64,000 nucleotides of DNA from Trypethelium eluteriae (taxonomy: Eukaryota). The stretch covers positions 1 through 64,000 of the forward strand of contig JAVECL010000059.1 in assembly GCA_051942245.1 (NCBI GenBank). Reading direction: 5' to 3'. The position numbers and the translations under genes were made by a program. Every line of letters starts with the position of its first letter. Positions within the stretch are counted from its first letter, which is position 1. The notes beneath the pieces were generated by a model. It searched no databases. It saw only the letters and a list, made by a program, of their open reading frames with translations, and had not been told where the DNA came from. Below, in pieces: positions 1 to 13,160 of this stretch.

Positions 1-960
1 GCGATGATGAGGGGGCGTCCGGGTTGGGCGGTGTAGGTTCGGCCGCCGGCGGTGATGATGGCGGCGGTTTCTTGGGGGAGGGGTGCGGGTATGGCGGAGT
101 AAGCTGCTGTGCTCGATCCGATTTCGATGCCTTGGGAGCCGAGGCTGACGACTTGGCCTGAGATGGTCATGGCTGGGCCACCGGCGGAGAGGGTTGATCC
201 GGCTATGACCATGGGAGAACCGGACTGGACGGTGTAGGTCTGGCCGCCGGCGGTGATAATGGCGGCGGTTTCTTGGGGGAGAGGTGCAGGCATGGCAGAG
301 TAGGCTGCTGTGCTCGATCCGATTTCGATGCCTTGGGAGCCGAGGCTAACAACTTGGCCTGAGATGGTCATGGCTGGGCCGCCGGCGGAGAGGGTTGATC
401 CGGCTATGACCATGGGGGAACCGGATTGAATGGTGAGCGGTTGACCGCCGACTGTCACGACAGCTGCCGTCTCCAGCGGTTGTGGAGAGGGGATTGCGGA
501 GTAGGCTACAGCACTGGATCCCACGTTAACACCGGAGCTACCCAGGCTAACGACTTGACCAGAGATGGTTACAGCTGGTCCACCTGCAGATAAGGTTGAA
601 CCTGCAATGACAGCGGAAGAGCCTGACTGAACAGTGTACGGGGTCCCTTCAACAGTAACTACAGCTGCAGTCTCTTGTGGTTGAGCCTCTGGCATCGCAG
701 AGTAAGCCACAGCACTGGATCCCACATTGACGCCGGCATTACTAAGGCTAACGACTTGGCCGGAAATTGTTGCGGCTGATCCACCAACCGACAATGTTGT
801 GCCTGCAATGATAGCGGAAGAGCCCGACTGAATAGTGTACGAGTTCCCTCCAACCGTAACAACAGCTCCAGTCTCGCTGGCAGGAGCAGGGGCTGGAGCG
901 GAGGAATAGGCAACAGCACTACCGCCAACGTTGACGCCAGCGGACCCAATGCTTATGACT
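1..960 (-). repeat. Coding tandem repeat, 201-bp (67-aa) unit, about 5 copies
   Basis: Landmarks recur at 201-bp offsets (GTGTAGG 31/232; GAGATGG 160/361/562). Unit resembles AAIITAGGQTYTVQSGSPMVIAGSTLSAGGPAMTISGQVVSLGSQGIEIGSSTAAYSA. Confidence 0.9.
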
Positions 961-3900
961 TGGCTTCCGGTTGTTAGAGCTGCTCCGTCTTGGGAAAGAG
1001 TAGATCCGCCAATTACTACCGAGCCTCCAGATTGAGCTGTGTAAGTTTGTCCCCCAATGATGACTACAGCAGCCGGGGCAGTAGTCACAGGTATAGGGGG
1101 TTGAGAGTAAGCCACAGGGCTTCCATCAACATTGACTCCACTACTGCCCACGCTGATCGTTTGTCCTCCTGACGTCAAAGCAGGGGCACCTGCCGACAAA
1201 GTCGAACTCCCAATGACAAGAGGAGCCCCGGAAGCTGCTGTGTAGGTCTGTCCAGCGACTGTCACGACCGCAGCAGGAACAGAATCTGAAGGCGAGGCAG
1301 GGACAGGGACAGGGGAGTATGCTGCGGAGCTCCCTCCAACGACAACACCTGCAGTGCCAACAGTAACACTCTGTCCGGATATCGTCTGCGCTGGACCCCC
1401 CGGAATGAGGGTTGCAGAGCCAACGACTACAGGCTTTCCCGAAGATGCCGTATAAGCGCTTGACCCGACAGTAAAAATTGCCGCTGCGGAAGTTGAGCCG
1501 GCAGGAGCAAGGCCGCCAGTGCTCACACCCTGCAAGATACCTGATGCTGGAGCACTACCTGCATTGCCTGGATCAACGGGTTGAGCAGATGGGCTGCCAA
1601 CTGGCGAGGGCTCGGATGGAGGATCTGCGGGAACGAGAGCAATAGTACTGCTACCTCCGATCACTACGTTGCTGGTCCCTACAGAAATCTGCGTCCCTTG
1701 GATACTGGTAACAGATCCTGGTAGGACAGTATTGCCACCGATTACGGCTCCAGAGTTTGCTGGATCAGCAGCGACAGTTTGTCCGGCGATCACAGCTGGA
1801 CTGGACGGACTCGGCTGACTGCCTGTGATTGATGCAGGGTTGTTAGGAGGTGATGCTTTTGCGGGCTGAACAGTATTCGCGCTCGGTGAAGACAAACCAC
1901 TTAGAATGTTTGAAGCAGCATTCGAAGGGTCTGCTGGAACTGGATTGTTGGAAGGTTGAGGCTGCTCAGGAATTGTCGATTGCCCCTGCAAGACACTTCC
2001 ACCTTGCAGTATACTGAGAACGTTACTAGCTGCTGACGACTGCTGACTTGGTTGAGGCTGTACTGTGCTCGGATCCTGGGTCGCTGTTGCAAGGGCTGCT
2101 GGGTTAGGATTGGAAGATGGTTGCGGTTGCTCAGGAGCTGTCGATTGTCCCTGCAAAACACTCCCGCCTTGCAGTATACTGAGAACGTTACTAGCTGCTG
2201 ATGACTGCTGACTCGGTTGAGGCTGCACTGTGCCCGGATCTTGGGCCGCTGTGGCGGGATCCGCAGAAACGCTTGAAGGTCGCGGCTTCGACACGGCGGA
2301 CTGCGGTCCGGGTCCACTTGAGCTAGCCGGAACAATGGGCGGCGTGTAGCTCGCTGGCAGAGACGCAGAGGGGCTGGCCAGACTGGCAGTAACTGATGCG
2401 GTATTGGGGGCTGGAGAGGAGCCAGGATCAGCAGACATGGATTCAGGAGCAGCGGTGGCAGATGCTGATGGCACTGCTGCGACTGTTGCCGGTGTCAACA
2501 AGTACGGTGGATCGTAAGCTCCTCGAATATCCATAGAACACGAACCCCAGGCCGGGTCCAGACTATTTAGGACACCCTCGGGAAGGACAATAATTGGATT
2601 ATACGGCCTTGTCATGGGACAGACCGGCGTGCATTTCTCGGTGTCTGTCTGATTATTACATCCTCCGTCCACGGCATAGCCAACCTGCTGAGAAGCAGAG
2701 TATATTCCACACCACGGTTGTCTGGAATAGATGCTTAAGGGGACCGGTGGATTGAGGTCGGTGACGTTGAACGAGGCAGTATGCTCGATCCACGAGAATG
2801 GTCTATTCTCTGCCCATACGCTTGACAATTCGGCAGATGTCGGCAACGCCACAATAGCCTTGGCATGGGTAGATCCAACTGCACCACAAGAGTCGGATGC
2901 GTACACGTTTTCAAAGGAGACATATAGTGTTGGCGACGTAAAGACGGTTCCCATCGCGGTAGCAACGACGATGCCATCATTAGGCCCAGTCATAGTTCCA
3001 TTGCTAGGGGTTGCGGTAGCCGGCCAATGAATCAGCTGCACAGTACCAGCAGTGATGGCGCACCTAGCACAGCCAAGAGAGCATCCTGGAGCCAAAGTCG
3101 AACCTGACGGCCATCCCGAAGATACTGTGCTTCCGCCATTGGAGTTGTAGCTGATATGGATAGCTGTGCCGCCAACTAAGACTGTTGAAGCTTCATCAGT
3201 GACGCCTCCGGCGCTCGTGTCAGGATACCACAAAGGATTTAAAACAGACGTAGCCACCTCACCATTCGTGAAGCCCGCTGAAACGTAAGATGATCTTAGG
3301 GAGCCACAGAGGGAAGATCCGATTGAAGCCTGTGTGCAAAGAGGAGGTTTTGCTTGCAGGCTCGATCGAAAGCTGATCGACGAATCAACGGCACTTATCG
3401 AGGCCGAACATGCAGGTGATGCATCTTCGCATTGTACGAATTGCGGTGAAGGCAAGAGCATAACTGACGCATAGCTTGACCAAGACGCCTGACACTGTGG
3501 TACAGAGTTCGGAAGATCGCAGCCAGGAGGTTGTCCAACACGAGTGGTCGCGTTTGTATTCCAGAGTGGCATCGAATAAGTAGAAGTGGTTGTGACAAGC
3601 GAGGCAGCTTGACCTGTATATGTTCCCATTTGTGTGTACGTGTCTGTGTCAGTGTATGTCGACGATTCCATGGTGAACCCATTCACGATGGAAGCTGTCG
3701 TCCATGTATACGTGTTGACAACCGTCGTGGCTATGGTTGACGGGGCCCTGGAGTCGAAAGTGAATATGACCGTGGATGTTGATGGACTGTAGGCTGGAAT
3801 TGTAGTCGCCGGCTGAGAGCCCCAGTACGTCTCCCATTGCGCCCAGCAGAGATCCAAAGTCCTGTTCCCAGTCGTGTTGCTTGCAACCGGTAAACTATAT

Positions 3901-4678
3901 GGAAGGGCGGCAGTACTGCCATTTTTAGGCGACGAGATTGGTCTGACGCTTTGGACGGACGCCGTGGTTTGTTTAGATGGGGATATCGCGCTTATCGAGG
4001 AGTTCCTCTGAGCTGAGGGGGACACTATTGATCTCAGAGTTGAGAAGACTCTCGTCGAGTTAGATGTTGGGAGCGATTTTACAGAGGTGATTGGGATGAC
4101 ACTGCTGTAAATCGAAGACGTCGATCCAATAGGATAGACACCGGTGAGGTTGCGCACCGAGGTCAAGCGCACTCCGGCTTGAGAGGTAGGGATAGATGTT
4201 GATGGGGGCGAGAGTGCAGAAGAGGTAGTCTCGCTAGAGGAGCTTAAGCCAAGGCCGGAAGCAACATAGTCGCCGATGCCACTGGAAGAGCTGGTGGTGC
4301 TCGAAGTTGGGGCAATCACATTGCTATAGACAGAAGACGTTGATCCAATCGGATACTTTGCAGATATGTTTTTTGCAGATGGAGGCAGATTGACTCCAGC
4401 CTGAGAAGATGGAAGCGAGGTTGTCAAGCCTGTGGAGCTATGAGGCGGACTTGCGGTAGTGACCGATGGGGAGGTTCTTGATATTAGAGTTGCATTGGGA
4501 TAAGGCAGAGTGGTATTAGGTTCCAGGGTAATATTATCAAACTCGCTATAAGCTGGGAGAACGAGGTTGGTGAGCAGACCAAGGAAAGGTAGAATATTCA
4601 CTTACATGCTGATGCATACGAGAACAGAGACGAAAGAAAAGTCACAAGTAGTATACCAGCAGCCAAAAAGGATCTCAT
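1..4678 (-). CDS. Very large secreted Ser/Thr/Pro/Ala-rich cell-surface protein with a central Cys-containing domain and C-terminal 67-aa repeats (3' end outside window)
   Basis: ATG 4678 gives signal peptide MRSFLAAGILLVTFLSSLFSYASA. Intron 4605-4553 (GTAAGT...CTCAC...CAG). The same frame reads as protein wherever checked down to position 1 (e.g. CARCAITAGTVQLIHWP...FTSPTLYVSF...LDPAWGSCSMDIRGAYDPP). Absent from the ORF track because it has no stop in the window. Confidence 0.85.
1954..2250 (-). repeat. Coding duplication, 165-bp (55-aa) unit, 2 copies
   Basis: GCAGTATACTGAGAACGTTACTAGCTGCTGA occurs at 2006 and 2171; encodes QPQPSQQSSAASNVLSILQGG. Confidence 0.9.
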
Positions 4679-4785
4679 TGTGTCATGTGACAAACGAGTA
4701 TTATAATCGTAAAATGGAAACAAGAATTTTTAATCAAACGAGTGACAAAAAGTTGGACGACTCCTGACGAGACGGTTCTATTCTT

Positions 4786-5576
4786 TCATGATGATGGGTG
4801 AAGTAGCACAGAGCAAACGAACGATTCGGGCAGGGGATGCCATGCCCTGAGGTAGGCGAGATTCATATGAGATGGATTGTCAGACTCGCCCATTGATGTT
4901 GCGGCATGGAAAACATTGCGAAGGCTGGCTCTGTAAGGCACAGCACGCGAAGCAACGCCTACTAAGGACGAAAGTGGGAAATCCAGGGCCGTGGGCCGCG
5001 ATCTTGATTCGCAATTCTCACGTTTCAGATCCTGGAGGTTTCGATGTTCTACCCACCGTGTTGGTATAGCGAACCACACTTTCCGCCCTGGCCTGGAAGC
5101 GAGGTACGAATCTAGCTGGTCATGACCAAGGCCTGACGATAGTCTCAGAGGCTCCACAGTCAGAGAGGACGAATGATTCCAGCGTCCCAATGAAGCTACC
5201 GCTGTGCCGCAATAACGCAGAGATGGGCTGATGGGGTAGCTGAGCAGGTCGACTGGCTGTCGGTCGGTGAGGAGGAAAGGCGCAGGTAAGGTGGCGGCTA
5301 GGGGGGCCTTGGAGTGCCTGGGCTGGGTCCATGGGTTGATGATGGGGTGATGGGGTCGCGAAATCGGCCCACCGAATCTGGCACATCCCTTCCCAGATCG
5401 GCTAGCCCCACCAACACGTTGCCGTATGCCGCCGCATCATCAAACTGGATCAAACCACGGATGAGCCTCCTGAAAACCGCTGTCATCTTGCCGAGGCCAG
5501 ACTCCATTGGTGGGAAAGGCAGCGACAGTGATTCAACACCATCGGAATCAACCGAAGCCTCTCCAACCGTCTTCAT
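4786..5576 (-). pseudogene. Possible orphan gene broken at a homopolymer
   Basis: ORF 5576-5298 stops right after a 6-nt run (5301-5306). One extra base there would join it to a frame open down to 4786. No family recognised. Confidence 0.2.
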
Positions 5577-6783
5577 AATCCATCTCTTCGCATATATTGC
5601 TCACCCTTCGTATATGTGTTGGTGGGGGCTATCTAGCGCTGACCTGGTCAATAGTCGTCTTGATATATCAGAAGGCGCGGGAGACTCTCATCTGCGCCGT
5701 GAGGCCAAAGTGCTCCTGCGGGACAGTCGACGAGATTACTTGACTGCGATTTGGCCTGGAATCCGGCCTAATATTAGGCCACCTACTCTATCTACATCCC
5801 CGACTCCGTTACCGACCTTGCATCACCGGTCGATAGAGAACGCCGTTACAGTTGTGCCGCAAATGCTTGCCAAGACGTAGCTCTCTCGAACGACACGGCA
5901 GGCCACAGCTAGGCGAGATAACCAATAGTGCCCCCAATATGTATGCCAGCGAACTAACAATGAAGCATCACCTTTGTGACTCAGCCTCATAATTCCATTG
6001 CATGAGCCCGGATTCTCAGAGGAATCAGCTGACTTCGACACCAGCCCCTAAACTTCAATTCGTAAAGCTTGAGAAGGAGGTCGGGATTGTGATCTATCGT
6101 GACTATTACCGTATTTCCACCTTGCAGTTTTGATCCGATGAGTCCGTTTTGACTTGCCTAGCAAGAATGCTCAACACAATATTGTCCCCAGGAGTCGACC
6201 TCTCCAGAGTGGACTAGTTCTAATAAACTCATTGAACATTGCGCATTCATCAAAGACAGTCGATTGCGTTCTGAGACCGGTAAGAATAAGACTTAACAGC
6301 TGTTCGGCGGTCTAGAGTCTCCAGCCACGATAGAGTATCGTACGACTACGGAGTTCCGGGGAAATCGGACACATAGTCACATACAGCAGTCTGCGTGAAG
6401 AGCAAATCACCATCCTACTACTAACGCTACTTGAGACCTGCTTTGTAATTCAAAGTACTCCATACTTCGGAATGAATCGCGTGCGCCCAATCAAATGCGA
6501 CTTGGGGCGAACGAACAATTCGTGGCGCGCGCATGTCGCTTCTAATGTGAAGAAACGGCATTCGGAGTGCTTCGGTACTGCTCGGATACGATAAGTGTTT
6601 TAGAGCCACGAGACGGTGAGACCAGCCTCGACTTCAGAGCTTAGTCTTCAGTACAACGCTGTATATATATAACATTCATCTCAATGAATACTTGAAGTAG
6701 CCGGCCTCAACTGTGATAGAAATCCCATTGCAACCTTGCAAAGAAATTCTACAGCCTCAAAAGTATACATACTCGCCGCCACC

Positions 6784-7955
6784 ATGTCTCCAGAAGAGAT
6801 TCTCAAGACTGGCGAGCTTGACCAAGAATTGCTTGAGGCATGACTCCATCACATCCTTTCCATCAACGGAACTAACAGTGTTACAGCTCGTCGAAAAGTT
6901 GAATATACCAAGGCCGCAATGGGATGACGTCCTCGCCGCTCGCGAAATGTTTGCTAAACGCCAAGCCATAGGACTCGAAGCCATGGGTCCCACTCCCTCC
7001 GGCATGGTCGAGGAAGAGCAGCACATTCCTGTCAGAGACGGCTCAAAAATCCGCATCAAAGTCATCAAGCCCAAAGACGCGTCCGGACGACCCCTGCTTG
7101 TCATGTGCCACGGCGGCGGCTTCGTCCTGGGCTCTCTCGAAGCGGAGCAGGCAAATTGCCGCTCACTTGTCAAGGCTTTCGATGCCGTCTGCATCAGTGT
7201 CGGCTATCGCCTTGCTCCGGAGTTCACGTTCCCCACGGCCATCGACGACTCCTGGGACGCGCTGAAGTGGGCTGCCGAAAACGCGAAGACCTTGGGGGCG
7301 GATCCATCTAAAGGGTTTATCGTCGGGGGAACCTCCGCCGGCGGCAATATTGCTGCTGTGCTGGCGCACCTCGCGCGAGATGAGAAGCTGAGTCCGCCAC
7401 TGACTGGCCAATGGCTGTGCATCCCGACCGTGCTGCACAAAGACAAGGCTACCGAGGTATTGCCCGAGAAATACAAGAAAGTGTATCTGTCGCATGAGCA
7501 GATCATCGAAGTCCCAGGTTTAAATAAGCAGGCAGTCGATTTCTTCGTGCACCATTACGCGCCTGATCAGAATGACCCGAAGTTCAATCCCTTCATTTGG
7601 CCCAGTGGGCATAAAGGACTACCCCCTGCATATTTTCAGGTAGGTCGAAATACAGCAGGGGCAGTCTGCACTGCTCTTCTCTTTCAATGCGTCTGTTGAA
7701 TACTGATCATATCAGATATGCGGGGCAGATCCTTTGCGGGACGAAGGACTAATCTATGACACTGTCCTGCGAGAGGAAGCCGGCGTCAAGACGAAGCTAG
7801 ATTTATATCCCGGTCTTACCCATGGGTTTTGGGGTGTATTTTCCATGCACTCGAAAGCTAATCAATACCAGGAAGATTTAGTCAATGGATTTTCATGGCT
7901 CTTGGGTGTGGAACCCAGGAAGATAGAAGCGAAGCAAGTGCCAACAACAGTTTAG
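6784..7955 (+). CDS. Alpha/beta hydrolase, hormone-sensitive-lipase family esterase (Abhydrolase_3)
   Basis: HGGGF oxyanion motif, YRLAPE, GTSAGG nucleophile elbow, DPLRDEG and YPGLTHGF. Introns 6838-6886 (GC-AG) and 7640-7715. Confidence 0.92.
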
Positions 7956-8383
7956 GTTTCACCGAGCGTTCTATCTAGTCAGTAAGCAATATTCTGCGTG
8001 ACTAGCGCCGAAGGCTCAACTGAGCCAATTAGACTATAGGATTCAGAATGGTCCAAACGAAAATAATGATAAGGAGATCTTGTGCTGTTGTGTCAATGCA
8101 AGGTGTTCCTGTTTGCAACCTTGAGCCCTCCCGATAGAAAGTGCGAAAGAGAAGTAACATAATTATGAAATGACGGACTCAGATGAAGGCGATACGGTAG
8201 AGGCGCTGCGAACGCTAGGTCTTCCAAATTTTTTACTTTTCCCATGCCTTACCAGCTGTAAGCACGAATCTCCTGGCGATGACGGACTGTAATCCATCCA
8301 TTCTTCTAGCATGGACTATCCACTGAATCAATGTGTTCTGTCGATTTTCTCGAGGATCGCTATCAGATGGAGGATGCCAATTG

Positions 8384-9468
8384 TCAGAGGAAATCAAGTT
8401 TATCTTGTGGCGGCTGGTTCTCGCAAGCTTTGTGTAGACGAAGTCCAAATCCGTATTCCTCTATGGACGACAACGATCGTAACACACTCTCCTCTCCGTG
8501 GCCTGTCCCACTGTTCAGGAGATTGCCTAGGCCAAGCGATTCCGTGCCTTTCGCACAGTCCTTTGCACGGTCCTTTAAATATCTACGTAGCATGTTCCCA
8601 AGGGCCGAAGCGGTCGGTCGTCGATCCTCGAAGTGCACTGCTTCAGAACGGTACTCATGCGGAGCGTTACAAGCACACGGACAAGAAGTGTGCCCGTCGG
8701 GTCCTAAGATCATTCGCGCTCTGACATGCCCGAGCTGGATTTCCCTACGCACCACGAGACGTTTAAGAGCTTTCATGCATATTTTAAGAACAAGAAACAT
8801 TCTCCGGGCTTGAGTCTTATCTTCCCGTGCTAGCTTCTTCCTTACTGCTCTGACTTTTTCTCGAGCGCTAAGAAGACGCTCCATCGCTTTGCAATCGCGC
8901 AAAGCTGGCCAGTGCTTTCTACACGTCGTAGGCATCCATGACTCCTCACGTATCTTGAGTACGTCCTCGGCATGACGCTTTTCTTTCTTTCTCAACTTCA
9001 AAAGCTTTGCCTTGGGGGGTTGGGGGGCATGCGCATCTCTCTGTTGGCCGCGTGACATCCTTTAGCCACAGTATTATCGATCAAATGGACTTGGAGCAGT
9101 CTACGTACAATTTTTGACATCTCCGTATCTGTGTCTGTCTGGAGCTGATCCAGATTTTCGACATCCGTAGAAGAGATGCCATCATTGTCTTTGGCTCCAT
9201 CGACCTTTTCGGCGGTGATCTCGGAGCACCGAATATGCTTTGACAAGCGCGGAACAGGAAACTGACAACATCAGTCATCAGCAAGTGTGCATCCACCACG
9301 TCGAATACGGCGGCAGAAGTGATATACGCTTTGTTCATGCGGACCCAGAAGCTTCAGAAATGATTTTTCTTCGATAAAGTTTGGTTCCGTGGTGTCACTT
9401 CGCAGAACCAGTGACTCCGTCGGAGTTTTCAGTTCAAGCTCTGACGAAGGTGGTGATTCATCCATCAT
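8384..9468 (-). pseudogene. Hypothetical gene with apparent frameshift
   Basis: Same-frame ORFs starting 9468 and 9246 are joined by a plausible phase-0 intron (about 9327-9262). The frame then shifts at the double 6-nt run 9014-9027 into the 224-aa ORF ending 8384. No family recognised. Confidence 0.3.
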
Positions 9469-10793
9469 ACCTCGAAAGGTGAGACGCGAGAGCTGAAGAG
9501 ACTGTCAAAGAAGACCCTAATTTGCTATACTTCGGAAATTTCCGGGAGGTTGCTGATAGGAAGGCTGAGGAGTGAAAGCATGAAGTGAAGACGAAATTAA
9601 GAATCGTGACAGCAAGACTGAAACGAGAATGAGGGAGCCTGTCGAGGCGGAATAAAGTGAGAGTGAAGACTTTTGAAAAAAATACCAACTGACGCAAAAG
9701 GATTCAGCATCGAGCAAGCATTAGAGGCAGGTATACGGATGTGTGGTCTCCCTGCTCAAATGAGGCTGGAAGATGCATAGGCTCTCCACTGGTAGTAAAG
9801 GAAAGACGATGTAATTGAATGACTGGCCGATACCAGTGAACGTTATACCAAGAAGAGTACGCTGAGGTGCTTGTGAAAGCAATGGTGTCGTGACCGAATT
9901 AAGAGATTGAGACGTCTCTATACTATTCATAATGGTTGGATGGAAGAGAAAGAGTTGATTTCAAATAGTCTGAAAGTCAAAGATTGCCATGAATAGGTAA
10001 TATAGTCCAAGCCTCAGGTAGTCGTGGCATTTCCAGTCTCAACACAAACCTACTTAAGACTCCCAGCACCTTCTCTCACCTATGAGACCATGAGTCGCGT
10101 CCGCGGCAGTCATTCATTGGCGCAAAGCCTTGTCTCTTCTCCCCTTCTAGGAAAGAAACGTTGCCTACTAGGCCATTCCGCCAGATCCGTTGCAATATAT
10201 TCGAATTCCGCCTATGATATCATACCGCATTGCTCTCGGAGATGAACGACTAGTCAATCATTCTTACGGCTGGCAGAAAAGAAAACATCATGACTGGAGT
10301 TGGTCAACGTACAGGCGTGATTGAGCATTTCATAGGCTCAATTCAGCATTGAGAAGTCAAGATTGGTGTATTAGAACAGGTGACATCTTGTGCATGTCCG
10401 CGGATGGCGTTAAATGCACGTCAGTCCCAAGTTTGGAGGCCGGCTGATGATTCTTCTCCACAAACCTGGAGGCCCTCTGCCCTTTCTGTTGGAGAGGTCT
10501 ATAGGAGCTACCTTCGAGTCAAGACCGAAAGGAATAGAAAGGGATGAACTTGCTGGTCCAGGAGGCAAGTCTGGAGTAATTAAGGGAAAATTGTAGCCGT
10601 CTCCCGATGAAACCCGTATTCTGCTTAGTCAGCTAAGCATGGTTAGGTAGGTACCTTAGGTACTAAACGATGCAGACCCTGTCTCAAGACAAGCTTTGAT
10701 CCGAATCTTGAAGCGTCAATATCCTACATCCTATTTGCCCAAACCGCGACCATTTTCTGGTCTTGAGAGGCGCGACTCAGGACAACTGACATA

Positions 10794-12179
10794 ATGACAG
10801 CATCACATTATGCATCCGCCATGTTGGACGGTCTGCCGTTGGAGGTTATGCAGAACATTGCATGCCAAAGTGACGCCCGAGCTGTCCTAGCGCTCTCTCA
10901 CACCAACAGTCGTCTCCGCGCTGCGTGCTGGAGCCCGTTCGTTTTGAGACGGATCATAGAGCACCGCCGCGATATTTGGAAGAGAGACAGCTTTGACATA
11001 GCTTTTGTCGGTCGCTCCATTGGCCTCGATACTGAAACCTGGGCGAAATTTGCTCTCGCAGATCAATGTGCTTTTGAGCTGTACAATGGCGTAACAGGCG
11101 GCTTAACTAGGGACGTCATCAAGCGGAGCCTGTCATGGGCTCCGCAGCTTATTGTTTGCCAGCGTGCGTATCACTGTTCCTCATACTCATATTCAGTCAA
11201 GAGCGCAGCGCTGAGCCAAGAAAGATCCTGTCGCTTCGTCTCCCTGGCTTGCTGAGAATCTGGCTTCGGTGGTTCATGATTTGACCAGCGTAACGCTCGA
11301 TGATAGAATCAATTTCTGGTACGCTGCGACAATGATCAGCAGTGAGTACAAACATCTTTAATTCTCTGTGGGGTCTCCTTAAGTGAAGCCAACTGATAAT
11401 TGCACGAAGCTACTTACGAAGGTAACGATATGGTGCTCTCCAATGCGAATACTGTCAAGGGACTCTATAGCGACATATGCGAGGCGAAGTCTGTGGGTAA
11501 AGTATTGAGAGCTTTGGGAGCGTTTGCGGTCCTTCTAAAGCAAGCAATCAGAACGGACACAATTAATGATGTTCTTGGCTATGTCCCGGCCACGGGAGCG
11601 AGACCCAGGGCTGACAATATGCTATTTCCATCTGCTATGGACATCCCAGTCCTTCGACTCAATAATATTTCTTTGTGTTCACCCTTCGGTATGAGCGTTT
11701 GCCCCGATGGGCGTCGGCCTTCGGACTGGACGTTCTGGATCAACCATTGCAGCAAACAGATGTTATTACCGGAATTCATAACGGATGGAGAATGGTCTGG
11801 TTACTATTGTTATGGGAATAATCGACGAGTCTCTTTTGACGGACCAATGGATGGAATAAAGTTTGAGATTTCTGAGTCATTGGGGCACCGGCGGGATGTC
11901 GATAGAACCGGCTGCTATCATGTCAAGGGGAGCGGTATCGATTCTGTCGGTATATTTACATTGGATGGTGAAATTCGGGAACCCCACGAACTTCTACTTA
12001 GCAAACGTTACGCAACACATTCATGGCTCTGGGAATGCACGATGACTCCTTTCGGTATCTTTGGAGATTGGTTTCAGCATGGCCATGGGCGAAACCGAGT
12101 TGCACTTGGCGCAATCTGGCTATGGAAAAAGGATTGGAAACCATTCAACCAGGAGAAAAATGCGAACACTGCCGTTTAA
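10794..12179 (+). CDS. F-box domain protein with fungal C-terminal beta-rich domain
   Basis: N-terminal LDGLPLEVMQNIA...LALSHTNSRLRAAC F-box pattern. Introns 11164-11224 and 11342-11409 restore one frame. C-terminus GEWSGYY...TPFGIFGDW...IWLWKKDW. Confidence 0.75.
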
Positions 12180-12621
12180 AATGGATCATCAATAGGGATT
12201 GCGAGAAGAAGTCGTCAAGGCCAAGCCCCCATTCCCGACTCAAGATCTTGCTCGGAGCCTCCAAGGTTTCAGAAAATAAGATAGGATATTGCCTTAGGTG
12301 GGTTCTCAGAATCGGGAGAGGTCTAAATATCAGCCTCTGCCAACCGCACCGACATTTTCCTTGTTCCACACTTTGGTGTTCTCTACCACATTGAATTGCA
12401 CTTCGGGTCTCTTTCTATTCGTAGTCATTGCTTGTAACGCTTTACCAACAATTGCAGTCATGCGAGCCAATGCTCTCGAAAAAATGTAGACAAGCGCACC
12501 TGCTAAGACTTGATACCACAGTTCTCCCAGAGGATTCCTTCATTGCCTGGTTGCATCTTAGCTATTCCGGAAAGATTGCGCCACAAACATTCATGCCACT
12601 CCAAGCCTGAGACGTAAAACG

Positions 12622-12653
12622 CGCAAATTCGCAAATTCGCAAATTCGCAAATT
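12622..12653. repeat. Short tandem repeat (CGCAAATT)x4
   Basis: Four perfect 8-bp copies about 510 bp upstream of the thiolase ATG. Confidence 0.9.
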
Positions 12654-13006
12654 AGCGATCAGGAGGGAATAGAGAGTGGGAGGGGCCATTAAAGCAAACA
12701 GCAAAACCCAGGGTGTGTTTTTTAGCTCCCCTCCTGCGCTGCGTGATAGACTCATTTGCCTTTGAAGAATGATACATGGTATGAATATTACTGCACTACC
12801 TGAATTTTAGTACTTTGCGCTTTTGTCGTTGTTCGATAGAGTCATCCAATCCGTGGTGTTTCGGATGAAGTACGCACCCCGACTGTACAGCTCAGATGGC
12901 CTTCTTGAAAAATCAATAAATTTCCAAGGCTGAAGATGGAAGATGGGAGATGAGATTCTATGTATGGAGTAGGGTTAGTGATGATGAGAAAGTGGTGAAT
13001 CTCAAG

Positions 13007-13019
13007 CCGAGGACCGAGG
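13007..13019 (+). promoter_or_regulatory. Tandem CCGAGG (FarA/FarB-type fatty-acid response) sites
   Basis: CCGAGG at 13007 and 13014, about 150 bp upstream of the thiolase ATG. This is the core bound by Aspergillus FarA/FarB. Confidence 0.6.
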
Positions 13020-13160
13020 AGCATTTGCCGCAGCTCCCGCAGCTCTTTTCCATATCCCCACTACCGCATTTGCCATGTAATAATCGTAATTACCTTGGTT
13101 CTTGCCCTTTTCCTTTATCTTTCCATTCGAGTTCTGTGAAGTCTGCATCATCTCTGAAAA

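Noticed and set aside
659..3922. Short ORFs listed in the track
   Set aside because: Alternative frames of the large cell-surface gene.
10622..10663. Two small palindromes and a TAGGTAGG tract
   Set aside because: Short low-complexity motifs common in fungal intergenic DNA; no element boundaries.
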